Below, piece after piece: positions 1 through 10,929 of a DNA stretch of 64,000 nt. Every line of letters begins with the position of its first letter. The stretch's first letter is position 1. The translations under genes and the position numbers were made by a program. The notes below the pieces were generated by a model. The model was not told the origin of the DNA, did not search any database, and saw nothing but the letters and a program-made list of their open reading frames with translations. The stretch is from Armatimonadota bacterium. GTDB lineage: Bacteria; Sysuimicrobiota; Sysuimicrobiia; Sysuimicrobiales; Kaftiobacteriaceae. The stretch lies in NCBI GenBank assembly GCA_037440005.1, contig JBBIUY010000005.1:23730-87729 (forward strand), given 5' to 3'.

Positions 1-67
1 CGGGAACAGGGCTCACGGCGGGGACGCGCGGCGGCCCGCCCCACGCCCCAACGTTTCAACGTTCCAA

Positions 68-242
68 CGCGCTGAGACCCGGAAAGATCCGCCCTGAAGC
101 AGGAGGTGGGGGGTCAGAAGAAGACGCCGGCGGAGACCGGGTGCGGAGTTAGGCCGGGTTGCCGGTGCCCGCGCAGAGCCGGAGGCAGTGCGCGGAAAGC
201 GGTACCTCACTCCCACCTCGCACACCCGCGTCCCGCCGGCGA
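68..242 (-). ncRNA. Structured RNA or leader candidate (6S-like or attenuator)
   Basis: Follows a sigma70 promoter. Two alternative long pairings: 241-217 with ~148-125, or GAGGTGGGAGT with ACCCCCCACCTC. No convincing ORF. Confidence 0.35.
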
Positions 243-247
243 TTCGC

Positions 248-276
248 TTTGTACCACGGGGCGCGCGGGGGGTCAA
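248..276 (-). promoter_or_regulatory. sigma70-type promoter
   Basis: TTGACC-17 nt-TACAAA with extended TG on the minus strand. Confidence 0.6.
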
Positions 277-338
277 TGCGGAACCTCCGTTCCGCCGCTG
301 TGGACAGTGGGGATAAAGGGGACAACTGTTAGGGGGGA

Positions 339-408
339 GAGATCAGAGATCAGGGATCCGGGATCAGAGATCCGAGATCAGGGATCAGGGATCGGGGATC
401 AGGGATCG
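339..408. repeat. Heptamer tandem array G(A/G)GATC(A/C/G) x10
   Basis: Ten consecutive 7-mers, each containing GATC; overlaps the stop codon of the ANTAR regulator. Confidence 0.9.
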
Positions 409-1004
409 GAGGGGGGAGGGGCGTCGCCGGCGGGGGCGTGCTGGCGGAGGATCTCCTCGGCCACGGCGCGCATCGTTCGGCGGGTGGTGCGGGCCTGGCG
501 CTGGATGTGGGCGAAGGCGTCCTCTTCGGTCCACCCCTGGCGCATCAGCACCCCCTTGGCGCGCTCGACGACCTTGCGGGTGGCCAGGGCGTCCTCTAAG
601 GACCCCACCTCCGCCCGCAGGGCCTGGATCTCCCGGAACCGGGCCAGGGCCGTCTCGATGGCGGGCCGCAGGTCGCTTTCCCGCACGGGCTTGACCAGGT
701 AGGCCAGCACGCCGGCCGCGGCCGCCCGGTCCACGAATTCCCGGTCGGCGTACGCGGTGAGGATGATCACCGGGACCGCGTGCCGGGCGCCCAGCTCCCG
801 AGCGGCCTGCAGGCCGTCCACCCCCGGCATCTTGATGTCCAGCAGGACCAGGTCGGGGCGCAGCTTGCGCACCAGGTCCAGCGCCCGCGCCCCGTCGGCG
901 GCCTCCCCCACCACCCGGTACCCCTGCTCTTCCAGCATGGTGCGCAGGCCCAGCCGGATGACGGCCTCGTCGTCGGCGATGAGGACCCGCAGCGGCTCAC
1001 CCAT
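399..1004 (-). CDS. ANTAR-domain response regulator (PdtaR/EutV-like)
   Basis: REC domain (IADDE, LLDIKMP, YLVKP) plus ANTAR (RKVVERAKGVLM...EEDAF). Confidence 0.92.
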   Translation of the reverse strand: MGEPLRVLIADDEAVIRLGLRTMLEEQGYRVVGEAADGARALDLVRKLRPDLVLLDIKMPGVDGLQAARELGARHAVPVIILTAYADREFVDRAAAAGVLAYLVKPVRESDLRPAIETALARFREIQALRAEVGSLEDALATRKVVERAKGVLMRQGWTEEDAFAHIQRQARTTRRTMRAVAEEILRQHAPAGDAPPPSDP

Positions 1005-2637
1005 AGGGCGTCTCCAGCCGGGGCAGGGTGATGACGGCCCGGGTGCCGGCGCCCCCCGCGTACTCCAGGGTCCCGCCCAGGTCCTCGGTCACCAGGGCGT
1101 GGACGATCTTCAGGCCCAGGTCGGCGCTGGCCCGCGGGTCGAAGTCGGGCGGCACCCCCCGTCCGTCGTCCTCCACCGCCACCCGCAGCCCCGGCCCCTC
1201 GCGGCCGATGTGGATGCGGATGCGCCCCTCCTCCCGCTGGGGGAAGGCGTGCTCGACCGCGTTCTGCAGCAGCTCGTTGACGGCCAGCCCCAGGGAGGTG
1301 GCCTGCTGGGAGGTCAGGTGCACGTCGTCGCCCTCCACCTCCACCGTCAGGCGCAGGCCCGGGCGGCTCATGGCCTGGAGCACGTTGGCGGCGATCCTCT
1401 CCAGCAGCTGGCGGAGGCTGATGGACCGGAACCCGCCCCCGCTGAGGATCTCGTGGACGGCGGCGATGCTGAGGATGCGGTTGATGGTCTCGGTGAGCAC
1501 CTCCCGGCCCGAGACCTCCCGGCCGTCCCGCAGCTGCAGGCGCAGCAGCATGGCGATGGTCTGCAGGTTGTTCTTGACCCGGTGGTGCATCTCCCGGATC
1601 ACCGCCGACCGCACCACCAGGGTGGCGTTCTCGATGGCCAGGGCGGTCTGGTTGGCCAGGGTGGTCAGCAACTTGACCTCGGCGTCGGTGAAGCGGTGGG
1701 GGTGGGACCGGTAGCAGTTGAACACCCCCACCACCCGGTCGCGCACCACCAGGGGGACCGACAGCAGCGCCCGCAGCCCCTCCTGGCGGGCCACGTCCTT
1801 GGCCACGAACCGGGGGTCGGCCAGCACGTCCTCCACGGCGATGGGCCGGCCCTCCCGGGCCACCAGGCCGGTGATGCCGTCGCCCACCCGCAGCCGGGGG
1901 CGGGACAGGTACGCCGGCCCGGCGGACTGCACGGCGGCGGTGACCAGCTCCCCGGTGGCCTCGTCCACCAGCATCAGGGCGCAGGTGGAGGCGTTGAGCA
2001 TCCGGGCGGCCATCTCCACGATCAGGCGCAGCACGTCCTCCAGGTACAGGGGCGACGTGAGGGTCTGGCTGACTTCCGCCAGGGTGGACAGCTCCATGAT
2101 CTGCCGCCGCATGTCGTCGTACAGGGCGGCCTTCTCGATGGCGCCGGCGGCCAGGTCGGCGATCAGGCCCAGCAGCTCCATCTGGTCGGGGGTGTAGTCC
2201 CAGACGGCGGTGGTCTGCACGTTGATGGCGCCCAGCACGCGGCCGGCGGTCACCAGCGGCACCGCCGCCAGGGAGCGGAAGGCGTACTCCCGGGTCTCGG
2301 GCAGGTAGACAAAGCGCGGGTCGCTGGCGGCGTCGCTGCTGGCCACCGGCTGTCCTTCCCGCACCGCCCACCCGGTGAGCCCCTCGCCCACCCGCAGCCG
2401 CGCCCGTCCCACCGCGTCGGGAGCCAAGCCCGTGGTGGCCTTCAGGACCAGGTACTCGCCGGCGGGGTCCAGCAGGTAGATGGAGCAGCTGTCCACCCCC
2501 ATCACCTCGGCGGTGGTCCGGGTGATGAGGTGCAGGGTGCTGTCCAGGTCCAGGGCGGACCCGATGGCCCGGCTGATGGCGCGCAGCGCCGCGATCTCCG
2601 AAGGCGGGTGGCGCGCGGGGGCGCTCGGACCGTCCAT
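997..2637 (-). CDS. GAF-GAF HisKA_2 sensor histidine kinase (PdtaS/EutW-like)
   Basis: Two GAF domains, EMHHRVKNNLQ H-box, ELLQNAVEH and DDGRG ATPase motifs. Start 2637 or 2652; the latter overlaps a TATCAT -10. Confidence 0.9.
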   Translation of the reverse strand: MDGPSAPARHPPSEIAALRAISRAIGSALDLDSTLHLITRTTAEVMGVDSCSIYLLDPAGEYLVLKATTGLAPDAVGRARLRVGEGLTGWAVREGQPVASSDAASDPRFVYLPETREYAFRSLAAVPLVTAGRVLGAINVQTTAVWDYTPDQMELLGLIADLAAGAIEKAALYDDMRRQIMELSTLAEVSQTLTSPLYLEDVLRLIVEMAARMLNASTCALMLVDEATGELVTAAVQSAGPAYLSRPRLRVGDGITGLVAREGRPIAVEDVLADPRFVAKDVARQEGLRALLSVPLVVRDRVVGVFNCYRSHPHRFTDAEVKLLTTLANQTALAIENATLVVRSAVIREMHHRVKNNLQTIAMLLRLQLRDGREVSGREVLTETINRILSIAAVHEILSGGGFRSISLRQLLERIAANVLQAMSRPGLRLTVEVEGDDVHLTSQQATSLGLAVNELLQNAVEHAFPQREEGRIRIHIGREGPGLRVAVEDDGRGVPPDFDPRASADLGLKIVHALVTEDLGGTLEYAGGAGTRAVITLPRLETPYG

Positions 2638-2707
2638 GGGGCTTTGTGCCATGATACCACGGCCGGGCCGGCCCGCGGGGCCTCGGCCGTGCGTGGTCCT
2701 TCGGGTA

Positions 2708-2992
2708 TCAGATCACGATCCCCAGGACGACGTCAAGCAGCCACACGGTGCGCGCGTCGAGGTCCACTGCCCAGAAAAATGTCACCGGGTCGCCTGTCTT
2801 CCCTGGTGGTCGAAACGCCACCCACCGAAGCGTCTCCTTCCCCTACTTGCTCCCAAAGCCAACGGGGTTCCGCTGGAGAGCGAACATCAATCCCTCGAAG
2901 GCGTGTACCACCCAGGGAGCCTGCTGCCGGACGCGGGAGTAACTCTTGACACACCGCGGGTCCTGCCGGACTCGCCACCGCTCAGCTGGCAT
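2708..2992 (-). pseudogene. RelE/ParE-like toxin interrupted by an in-frame TAG
   Basis: Reads MPAERWRVRQDPRCVKSY...ALQRNPVGFGSK*GKETLRWV...VTFFWAVDLDARTVWLLDV; TAG at 2845-2843; start overlaps the antitoxin stop. Confidence 0.55.
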
Positions 2993-3536
2993 CGGTGGCG
3001 GTTAACTTGGCCGCGTACTCGGCCAACTCATCCGCCAATTTCTTACCCCGTTCGGACAGCTCCGCATCCTCGGCCAGGAGTGCCAGACCGTACGGAATGA
3101 CCTCCTTCTCCTCGGCGAGTTGCCATCCCCAGAACCTGTGGGAAAGCTCCGAGACTTCAGTGGCCGATCGTCCCCACAGCCCGCGGATGATGTGGTTCAC
3201 GAGGACAATCTGGTCAGCCGTGAAATGCGACAGGTCCGGTTCCCTTAGTGCGAGCGGTCTCTTTTGCTCGTATCCGAAGCGTTTCTGGGACCGGATCTTC
3301 ATCGCCCCTGATTGCTCCAGCGCGCTCAGGACCTGCAGCAGCCTGCGAGGCGCGGGTCCGTGGGGGAGGGCGTGGTACTCGGCGCCGGTGATCGGGGCGC
3401 CCAGCTTGCGGTATGCGAGAAAGTCGCACAGGAAGAGGATTTTATTGAGCTTCGTGCTTCCGAAGCTCTCGTCTCCCTCGCATGCACTTGCGACGTAGAG
3501 GATCAGCTCCGCCAGCTTTTGGTCGACTGTGGACAT
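2982..3536 (-). CDS. Panacea (DUF4065/SocA-like) antitoxin
   Basis: KLAELILY, TKLNKILFLCDF, PITG.EY.ALPHGP and SELSH..GW motifs; lower GC; alternative start 3590. Confidence 0.8.
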   Translation of the reverse strand: MSTVDQKLAELILYVASACEGDESFGSTKLNKILFLCDFLAYRKLGAPITGAEYHALPHGPAPRRLLQVLSALEQSGAMKIRSQKRFGYEQKRPLALREPDLSHFTADQIVLVNHIIRGLWGRSATEVSELSHRFWGWQLAEEKEVIPYGLALLAEDAELSERGKKLADELAEYAAKLTATDAS

Positions 3537-3700
3537 GGCAGATTTGGCCTTGCGCTTAACTTCCTCAGTTTCTCCATGCCCTGTCTCCATCTCGGTTACC
3601 CCCGCGGGCCGGAGCAGAAGCGCTCTCGCAGGCGCCGTCGTACCGCTTTCATGATAGCATGAGAAGTTCCTTCACCGGCGACAGGTTCCTGACGAAAGCT

Positions 3701-4174
3701 TTACCGCGGCGTGTAGATGACCCGGGCCCCCACGCCGATGCCGTGGCGGCGGAAGAACCCCTGGTTGACCTCCAGGGCGTAGCGGCAGGGGCGGGCGGGC
3801 TCGTACAGGGTGAACGGGCCCTCGGCGGGGTCGGGAGCCACCTGCATGTCCTGGATGTCCACCACCGTCCAGCCCTCGTCGATGAAGGCGATGGACAGCG
3901 GGATCAGGGTGTTCTTCATCCAGAACGCCCACCGGCCGGTGGACTCGAAGATGAAGAGCATCCCGCTGAACTCGTCCAGGTGGCGGCGGAACATCAGACC
4001 CCGGGCGCGGCTGTCGGGGGTGTCGGCCACCTCCACCTGCAGGGTCACCCGCGCCGCTCCCTGGACCAGGGTCACCGTCCCCCGCTTGAAGACCACGTCG
4101 GGCGCGGCCCCGGCCGGCGCGAGGGCGGCGGCCAGCAGGACGACGACAGCAGCCAGCAGGCGCATCGTCTTCAT
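3701..4174 (-). CDS. DUF192 family protein with signal peptide
   Basis: VEVADT...RARGLMFR, GMLFIF, FWMKNTLIPLSIAFI, YALEVNQG. Confidence 0.9.
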   Translation of the reverse strand: MKTMRLLAAVVVLLAAALAPAGAAPDVVFKRGTVTLVQGAARVTLQVEVADTPDSRARGLMFRRHLDEFSGMLFIFESTGRWAFWMKNTLIPLSIAFIDEGWTVVDIQDMQVAPDPAEGPFTLYEPARPCRYALEVNQGFFRRHGIGVGARVIYTPR

Positions 4175-4270
4175 GGTCGGGCGTTTGGGTTTCGCCTTCA
4201 CCGCCACCTGTATCCTGCAACGCCGGCGGGGCAAGGAGTGTTCCCCGGCGGCTGCGAACGGTTTTCTGAC

Positions 4271-5554
4271 GTGGCCTCCCGCCCCGACTACGACGTGATC
4301 GTGGTCGGCTCCGGCCCGGCCGGAGCCCTGGCCGCATTGCGGGCGGCGGCGCGGGGAGTGCGCACGCTGCTGGTGGAAGAACACCCCGCCGTCGGCACTC
4401 CGGCCCACTGCTCGGGCAAGCTCCAGGTGCACGCCTTCCGGGAGTTCGCCCTGCCGGACGCCCTGATCCTCACCACCCTGCGGGCCGGCGCGTTCTACGG
4501 GCCCGGAGGCGCGGTGGCCCGGGTGGCCCGGGCGACCCCCGACTCCCACGTGGTGGACCGGGTGCAGCTGGACCGCTGGCTGGTGCACCGCGCCCAGGAG
4601 GCCGGCGCGCACCTGCTGCTGGGCACCCGGGTGCGCGCCGCCCGCCGGGAGGACGGCCTGGTGCGGGTGACCGGCGAACGGGCGGGCCGGACGTTCAGCG
4701 CCACCGCTTTCCTGGTGGTGGACGCCGAGGGGGCGCGGCCGGTGCTGCCGGCTCAGATGGGGCTGCGCCTGCCCCGGCGGATGGTGCACGGGCTGCAGTA
4801 CGAGATGAGCGGCGTGGAGGTGGAAAGCGACGACTGCCCGGAACTGTACCTGGGCCGGGCGTGGGCGCCGGGGTTCTTTGCCTGGCTGATGCCCCTGGGA
4901 GGAGGGCGCGCCCGGGTGGGGGTGTGCGTGGACCCGCGCCTGACCGACCGCCCTCCCGCGTACTACCTGGACAGGCTGGTCCGCGAGCACCCGGTGGCCT
5001 CCCGGCGGGTGCGGGCCGCCCGGGTGGAGCGCCGGCTGGGAGGTCCCATCCCCCTGCTGGCCTCGCGTCATCCCACCGCCGCCGACGGGATGATCGTGGT
5101 GGGCGACGCGGCCGGGCACGTGAAGGCGACCAGCGGCGGAGGCATCTACTTCTCCCTGATCGCCGGCGACCTGGCCGCGGCGGCGGCGGCCCGGTACGTG
5201 GGAGGAGACCGGTCGGCCCTGGCCGCCTACGAGCGGGGCTGGCGCGCGCGCTTCGGACGGGAGCTGCGGGCGACGGCGGCGGCGCGGCTGGCCCTCGCCC
5301 ACATGACCGACGCGGACGTGGACGCCGTCGTCCAGGCCGTCGGCCGCGACCACAGGCTGCGGGAGGTGATCCAGCGCCGGGGGGACACGGCGTTCCAGTC
5401 GCGGCTGCTGGGCCCGCTGGTGGCCCACGCGCTGCGGCCGGCGCACCTGCCCCGCCTGGCCGGCGCCCTGGCCGCCCTGCTCCGGTACGGCCTGCGGGCG
5501 CTGTGGGACGAGGGGGTGGCAGAGGAGAACGGCGGCGGCGGAGGGAACGGATAG
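4271..5554 (+). CDS. Geranylgeranyl reductase-family FAD oxidoreductase
   Basis: DVIVVGSGPAG, HCSG, PGFFAWLMP, VGDAAGHVKATSGGGI. Confidence 0.85.
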   Translation: MASRPDYDVIVVGSGPAGALAALRAAARGVRTLLVEEHPAVGTPAHCSGKLQVHAFREFALPDALILTTLRAGAFYGPGGAVARVARATPDSHVVDRVQLDRWLVHRAQEAGAHLLLGTRVRAARREDGLVRVTGERAGRTFSATAFLVVDAEGARPVLPAQMGLRLPRRMVHGLQYEMSGVEVESDDCPELYLGRAWAPGFFAWLMPLGGGRARVGVCVDPRLTDRPPAYYLDRLVREHPVASRRVRAARVERRLGGPIPLLASRHPTAADGMIVVGDAAGHVKATSGGGIYFSLIAGDLAAAAAARYVGGDRSALAAYERGWRARFGRELRATAAARLALAHMTDADVDAVVQAVGRDHRLREVIQRRGDTAFQSRLLGPLVAHALRPAHLPRLAGALAALLRYGLRALWDEGVAEENGGGGGNG

Positions 5555-5559
5555 GCGAC

Positions 5560-6807
5560 ATGCGGCTGATCGCCGACCTGCACCTCCACTCCAAGTACAG
5601 CCGGGCCACCAGCCGGGAGATGGACGTGGAGACCCTGGCCCGGTGGTGCGCGCTGAAGGGCATCACCGTGGTGGGGACCGGAGACTTCACCCATCCGGTG
5701 TGGCTGCGGGAGCTGCGGGCCAAGCTGCGCCCCACCGACCGGGGGCTGTACACCCACGCCGGCGTGCACTTCATGCTCACCGTGGAGGTGTCCAACGTCT
5801 ACCCCCAGGGCGGGCGCCTGCGCAAGATCCACAACCTGATCTTCGCGCCGTCCTTCGAGGTGGTGGAGCGGATCAACGCCGTCCTGGCGCGTTTTGGCTC
5901 CCTGATGGCCGACGGCCGCCCCACCCTCACCCTGCCGTCGGACAAGCTGGTGGAGTACGTCATGGAGGTCTCCCCCGACTGTCTGGTGGTCCCGGCCCAC
6001 GCCTGGACCCCCTGGTTCAGCTTGTTCGGCAGCCAGTCGGGGTTCGACTCGCTGGAGGAGTGCTTCAAAGACCAGGTGCGCCACATCGCGGCGGTGGAGA
6101 CGGGGCTCAGCAGCGACCCGCCCATGAACTGGCGCCTGTCCCAGCTGGACCGGGTGGTGCTGCTGAGCAACTCCGACGCCCACTCGCCGGCCAAGCTGGG
6201 GCGGGAGGCCAACGTCTTCGAGGCCGAGCCCGACTACTACCAGCTGATCCGGATCATCCGGGAGCGGGACACCAGCCGCTTCCTGTACACCATCGAGTTC
6301 TTCCCGGAGGAGGGGAAGTACCACTACGACGGCCACCGCGCCTGCGGCGTGCGGCTGTCTCCCCGGGAGGCGGCGGCGCGGGGGAACCGCTGCCCGGCGT
6401 GCGGCCGGCCCGTGACGGTGGGGGTGATGCACCGGGTGGAGGACCTGGCCGACCGGGAGGAGGGGTACGTCCCCCCCGGCGCGGTGCCCTACCGCAACCT
6501 GGTGCCGCTGGAGGAGATCATCGCCGCCGCCCTGGGGGCCCAGCCGGGCACCGGCGCCGTCCGGGAGGAGTACGTCAAGCTGTGCACGCGGCTGGGCAGC
6601 GAGTTCGCGGTCCTGCTGGACGTGCCGCTGGAGGAGCTGGCCCGGCACACCACCGCGCGGGTGGTGGAGGGGGTCCGGCGGGTGCGGGAGGGCCAGGTGG
6701 AGATCGCCCCCGGCTACGACGGCACCTACGGCGAGATCCGCATCTTCGGCGCCCCCTCCCCCGCGGACCGCCGCCAGGAGGAGCCGGCGCAGATCAGCCT
6801 CTTCTGA
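5560..6807 (+). CDS. Endonuclease Q family (PHP domain) protein
   Basis: DLHLHSKYSRATS, GTGDFTHP, PAHAWTPW, SNSDAHS, GKYHYDGHRAC..CPAC, PGYDG. Confidence 0.9.
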   Translation: MRLIADLHLHSKYSRATSREMDVETLARWCALKGITVVGTGDFTHPVWLRELRAKLRPTDRGLYTHAGVHFMLTVEVSNVYPQGGRLRKIHNLIFAPSFEVVERINAVLARFGSLMADGRPTLTLPSDKLVEYVMEVSPDCLVVPAHAWTPWFSLFGSQSGFDSLEECFKDQVRHIAAVETGLSSDPPMNWRLSQLDRVVLLSNSDAHSPAKLGREANVFEAEPDYYQLIRIIRERDTSRFLYTIEFFPEEGKYHYDGHRACGVRLSPREAAARGNRCPACGRPVTVGVMHRVEDLADREEGYVPPGAVPYRNLVPLEEIIAAALGAQPGTGAVREEYVKLCTRLGSEFAVLLDVPLEELARHTTARVVEGVRRVREGQVEIAPGYDGTYGEIRIFGAPSPADRRQEEPAQISLF

Positions 6808-6816
6808 CGGACGCCG

Positions 6817-6872
6817 GGATCCCCGATCCCCGATGCCCGATCCCTGATCCCTGACGCCGGATCGCCGATCCC
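6817..6872. repeat. Heptamer array (C/T/G)GATCCC x8, degenerate
   Basis: Reverse complement of the 339-408 array, just after the endoQ stop. Confidence 0.85.
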
Positions 6873-6883
6873 GTCCGCCCACG

Positions 6884-8062
6884 ATGGCCACCGTCATCCT
6901 CAAGCCCGGCCGGGAGCAGCGCCTGCTGGGCGGCTACCTGTGGATCTTCTCCGGGGAGATCGCCCGCATCGAGGGCGAGGTGGAGGAGGGCGGCGTGGTG
7001 GACGTGCGGTCGCACCGCGGCCGGTGGGTGGGGCGCGGACTGGCGAGTCCGCGGTCGGCGCTGACCGTCCGCCTGCTCACCCTCGACCGGGAGGAGATCG
7101 ACCGGGAGTTCTTCCGCCGCCGGATCCGGGAGGCCCTGGCCTACCGGGCGCGGTGGGCCGCCTCCTGGGAGGCCGTCCGGGTGGTGTACGGGGAGGCCGA
7201 CCGGCTGCCGGGGCTGATCGTGGACCGCTACGGCGACGTGGTGGTAATGCAGACCCTCTCGGCGGGCATGGACCGCCGCCGCGAGATGCTGGCCGAGGTG
7301 CTGGAGGAAGTCCTGCAGCCGGCGGCCGTCTACGAGCGCAACGACGCGCCGGTCCGCCGCCTGGAGGGGCTGCCCGACCGCGCTGGCTGGCTGCGGGGCG
7401 AACGCTCCCCCCTGGTGGAGGTCGCCGAGGGCCCCGCCCGCTGGGTGGTGGACGTGGCCCGGGGCCAGAAGACGGGATTTTACCTGGACCAGCGGGAGAA
7501 CCGCCTGGCGGTGGCGGCCCGGTGCCGCGGGGTCGAGGTCCTGGACGTCTTCTGCTACACGGGGGCGTTTGCGGTGCAGGCGGCCCTGGCGGGCGCCGCC
7601 CGGGTGGTGGGGGTGGACATCTCCCCCGAGGCGGTGGCCCAGGCCCGCCGCCACGCCGAGATGAACGGGGTCGCCGGGCGGTGCACGTTCACCGCGGCCA
7701 ACGCCTTCGACGAGCTGCGCCGCCTGAGCTCCGCCGGCGCCCGGTTCGACGTGGTCATCCTCGACCCGCCGCCGTTCGCCCGCAGCCGGGAGGCGGTGGA
7801 GCGGGCCCTGGCCGGCTACAAGGAGATCAACCTGCGGGCGATGAAGCTGCTGCGGTCCGGAGGGCTGCTGGTGACCTGCTCGTGCTCCCACCACGTGGGG
7901 GCGGACCTGCTGCTGGCGGTGGTGGCCGACGCGGCCGCCGACGCCCGCCGGGCGGTCCGGCTGGTGGAGAGCCGGGGCCAGTCCGCCGACCACCCGGTGC
8001 ACCCGGCGATGCCCGAGACCCGCTACCTGACCTGCCTGCTCGTGGAGGTGCAGCCCCGGTAA
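6884..8062 (+). CDS. rlmI: RlmI-family SAM-dependent rRNA methyltransferase
   Basis: PUA N-terminus, GEADRLPGLIVDRY, GQKTGFYLDQRENR, LDPPPF, TCSCS. Confidence 0.85.
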   Translation: MATVILKPGREQRLLGGYLWIFSGEIARIEGEVEEGGVVDVRSHRGRWVGRGLASPRSALTVRLLTLDREEIDREFFRRRIREALAYRARWAASWEAVRVVYGEADRLPGLIVDRYGDVVVMQTLSAGMDRRREMLAEVLEEVLQPAAVYERNDAPVRRLEGLPDRAGWLRGERSPLVEVAEGPARWVVDVARGQKTGFYLDQRENRLAVAARCRGVEVLDVFCYTGAFAVQAALAGAARVVGVDISPEAVAQARRHAEMNGVAGRCTFTAANAFDELRRLSSAGARFDVVILDPPPFARSREAVERALAGYKEINLRAMKLLRSGGLLVTCSCSHHVGADLLLAVVADAAADARRAVRLVESRGQSADHPVHPAMPETRYLTCLLVEVQPR

Positions 8063-8090
8063 CCCCTCTGTCCGGCGGCCGGGGGCGGTG

Positions 8091-8099
8091 TGGTATAAT
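8091..8099 (+). promoter_or_regulatory. Extended -10 promoter
   Basis: TGGTATAAT upstream of the R3H-AAA gene. Confidence 0.65.
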
Positions 8100-8267
8100 G
8101 CACGGTGAGCGTGAGACCCACGGGACGTCCGGCCGCGGACGGCCGGGCGCGGAAAGGACCGGGTGATGCGCGAGGGGGGAGCCGCGAGGCTCCCTTCGTT
8201 GCATTCACGGACTGAGATGTCACAGCCGATGCCGTCGCACCTCCCGGCCGTCGGCCGGGAGGCGGGG

Positions 8268-9812
<1,545 letters not shown>

Positions 9813-9876
9813 CCGCCCCCCGGCCGGGCGCCCGGGGATCCGGTCCGCCGCCCTCCCGCACGTCGCCCGGCCGCTG

Positions 9877-10542
9877 ATGCGGGGACTGTTCATCACCCTG
9901 GAAGGTCCCGAGGGCGCCGGCAAGACCACCCAGGCGCGGCTGCTGCACGACCGCCTGCGCCCCCGCTACCCGGTGGTGTACACCCGCGAGCCCGGCGGCA
10001 CCGCCATCGGCGAGCGCATCCGGGCCCTGCTGCTGGACGGCTCCCACCGGGAGATGACGGCCCGGACCGAGATGCTCCTGTTCGCCGCCTCCCGCGCCCA
10101 GTTCGTGGCCGAGGTGGTGGAGCCCGCCCTGCGCCGCGGGCAGCTGGTCCTGTCCGAGCGGTACGTGGACGCGTCGGTGGCCTACCAGGGCTACGGGCGG
10201 GGTCTGGGCGTGGAGGTGGTGCGCCGGGTCAACGAGGCGGCCACCGGGGGGCTGCGGCCGGACCTGACCATCCTGCTGGACATCGACCCCGCCGTGGGGC
10301 TGGCCCGGGCCCGGCGGGCCTCGGCCGAGGAAGGCCGGGAGGGCGGCGACCGGCTGGAGCAGGAAGACCTGGCCTTCCACGCGCGGGTGAGGGCAGGATT
10401 CCTCGCGCTGGCGCACGAAGAACCCGACCGCATTCGCGTCGTCGACGGCGGCCGCGACCGGGAGAGCGTCCACGCCGAGATCGTGCAGGTGGTGGAGGCC
10501 TTTCTCGCGGCGCGGGGGTGGCCCCCATCAAGCTCGTCCTGA
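9877..10542 (+). CDS. tmk: Thymidylate kinase
   Basis: FITLEGPEGAGKTTQ, TREPGGT, RYVDASVAYQG. Confidence 0.95.
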   Translation: MRGLFITLEGPEGAGKTTQARLLHDRLRPRYPVVYTREPGGTAIGERIRALLLDGSHREMTARTEMLLFAASRAQFVAEVVEPALRRGQLVLSERYVDASVAYQGYGRGLGVEVVRRVNEAATGGLRPDLTILLDIDPAVGLARARRASAEEGREGGDRLEQEDLAFHARVRAGFLALAHEEPDRIRVVDGGRDRESVHAEIVQVVEAFLAARGWPPSSSS

Positions 10543-10856
10543 CCATCGTCCAGGAGAAGGACGCGGGGCGGTTGATCGACGCCCTCACCGACGAGGGGTT
10601 CCAGGCCACCGTGCTGGCCAGCACCGGCGGGTTTTTGCGGGAGGGGAACTCCACCATCCTCATCGGCGTCGAGGACGCCCAGGTGGAATCGGTGCTGGCC
10701 ATCATCCAGCGCTGCTGCCACCGCCGGGAGCAGTTCGTCAGCCCCATGCCCCCGGCGGTGGAGCCCGTGGACTCCTACGTGACCTACCCGGTGAAGGTGG
10801 AGGTGGGCGGGGCCATCGTCTTCGTCCTGCAGGTGGAGCGCATGGCCCGCTTCTAG
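10518..10856 (+). CDS. darA: Cyclic-di-AMP receptor, PII-like (PstA/DarA)
   Basis: LASTGGFLREGNST, VEVGGAIVFV; position between tmk and holB. Confidence 0.9.
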   Translation: MAPIKLVLTIVQEKDAGRLIDALTDEGFQATVLASTGGFLREGNSTILIGVEDAQVESVLAIIQRCCHRREQFVSPMPPAVEPVDSYVTYPVKVEVGGAIVFVLQVERMARF

Positions 10857-10929
10857 CCCGCCCCGGGCGTCGCGGGCGACGTCCGGGGACCCCCGCCCCG
10901 CGGGCGGGGGAGAGGCGAGGGGGAGTGCT

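Noticed and set aside
149..223. Short minus-strand ORF with two Cys (VRGGSEVPLSAHCLRLCAGTGNPA) as a leader peptide
   Set aside because: Weak RBS and the downstream gene is outside the window, so it cannot be supported.
1..340. ANTAR dual-hairpin target next to the ANTAR regulator
   Set aside because: No pair of 3-bp stems with AxxGxx hexaloops found by eye.
339..408. Repeat array as CRISPR
   Set aside because: 7-bp units with no spacers and no cas genes.
2843..2845. TAG in the toxin frame as pyrrolysine
   Set aside because: No pyl genes or methyltransferase context in the window.
757..2949. Long antisense or alternative-frame ORFs (also 32669-36076, 47547-50486, 23412-26000, 40122-42671)
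   Set aside because: Shadow ORFs typical of high-GC DNA, overlapping well-supported genes.
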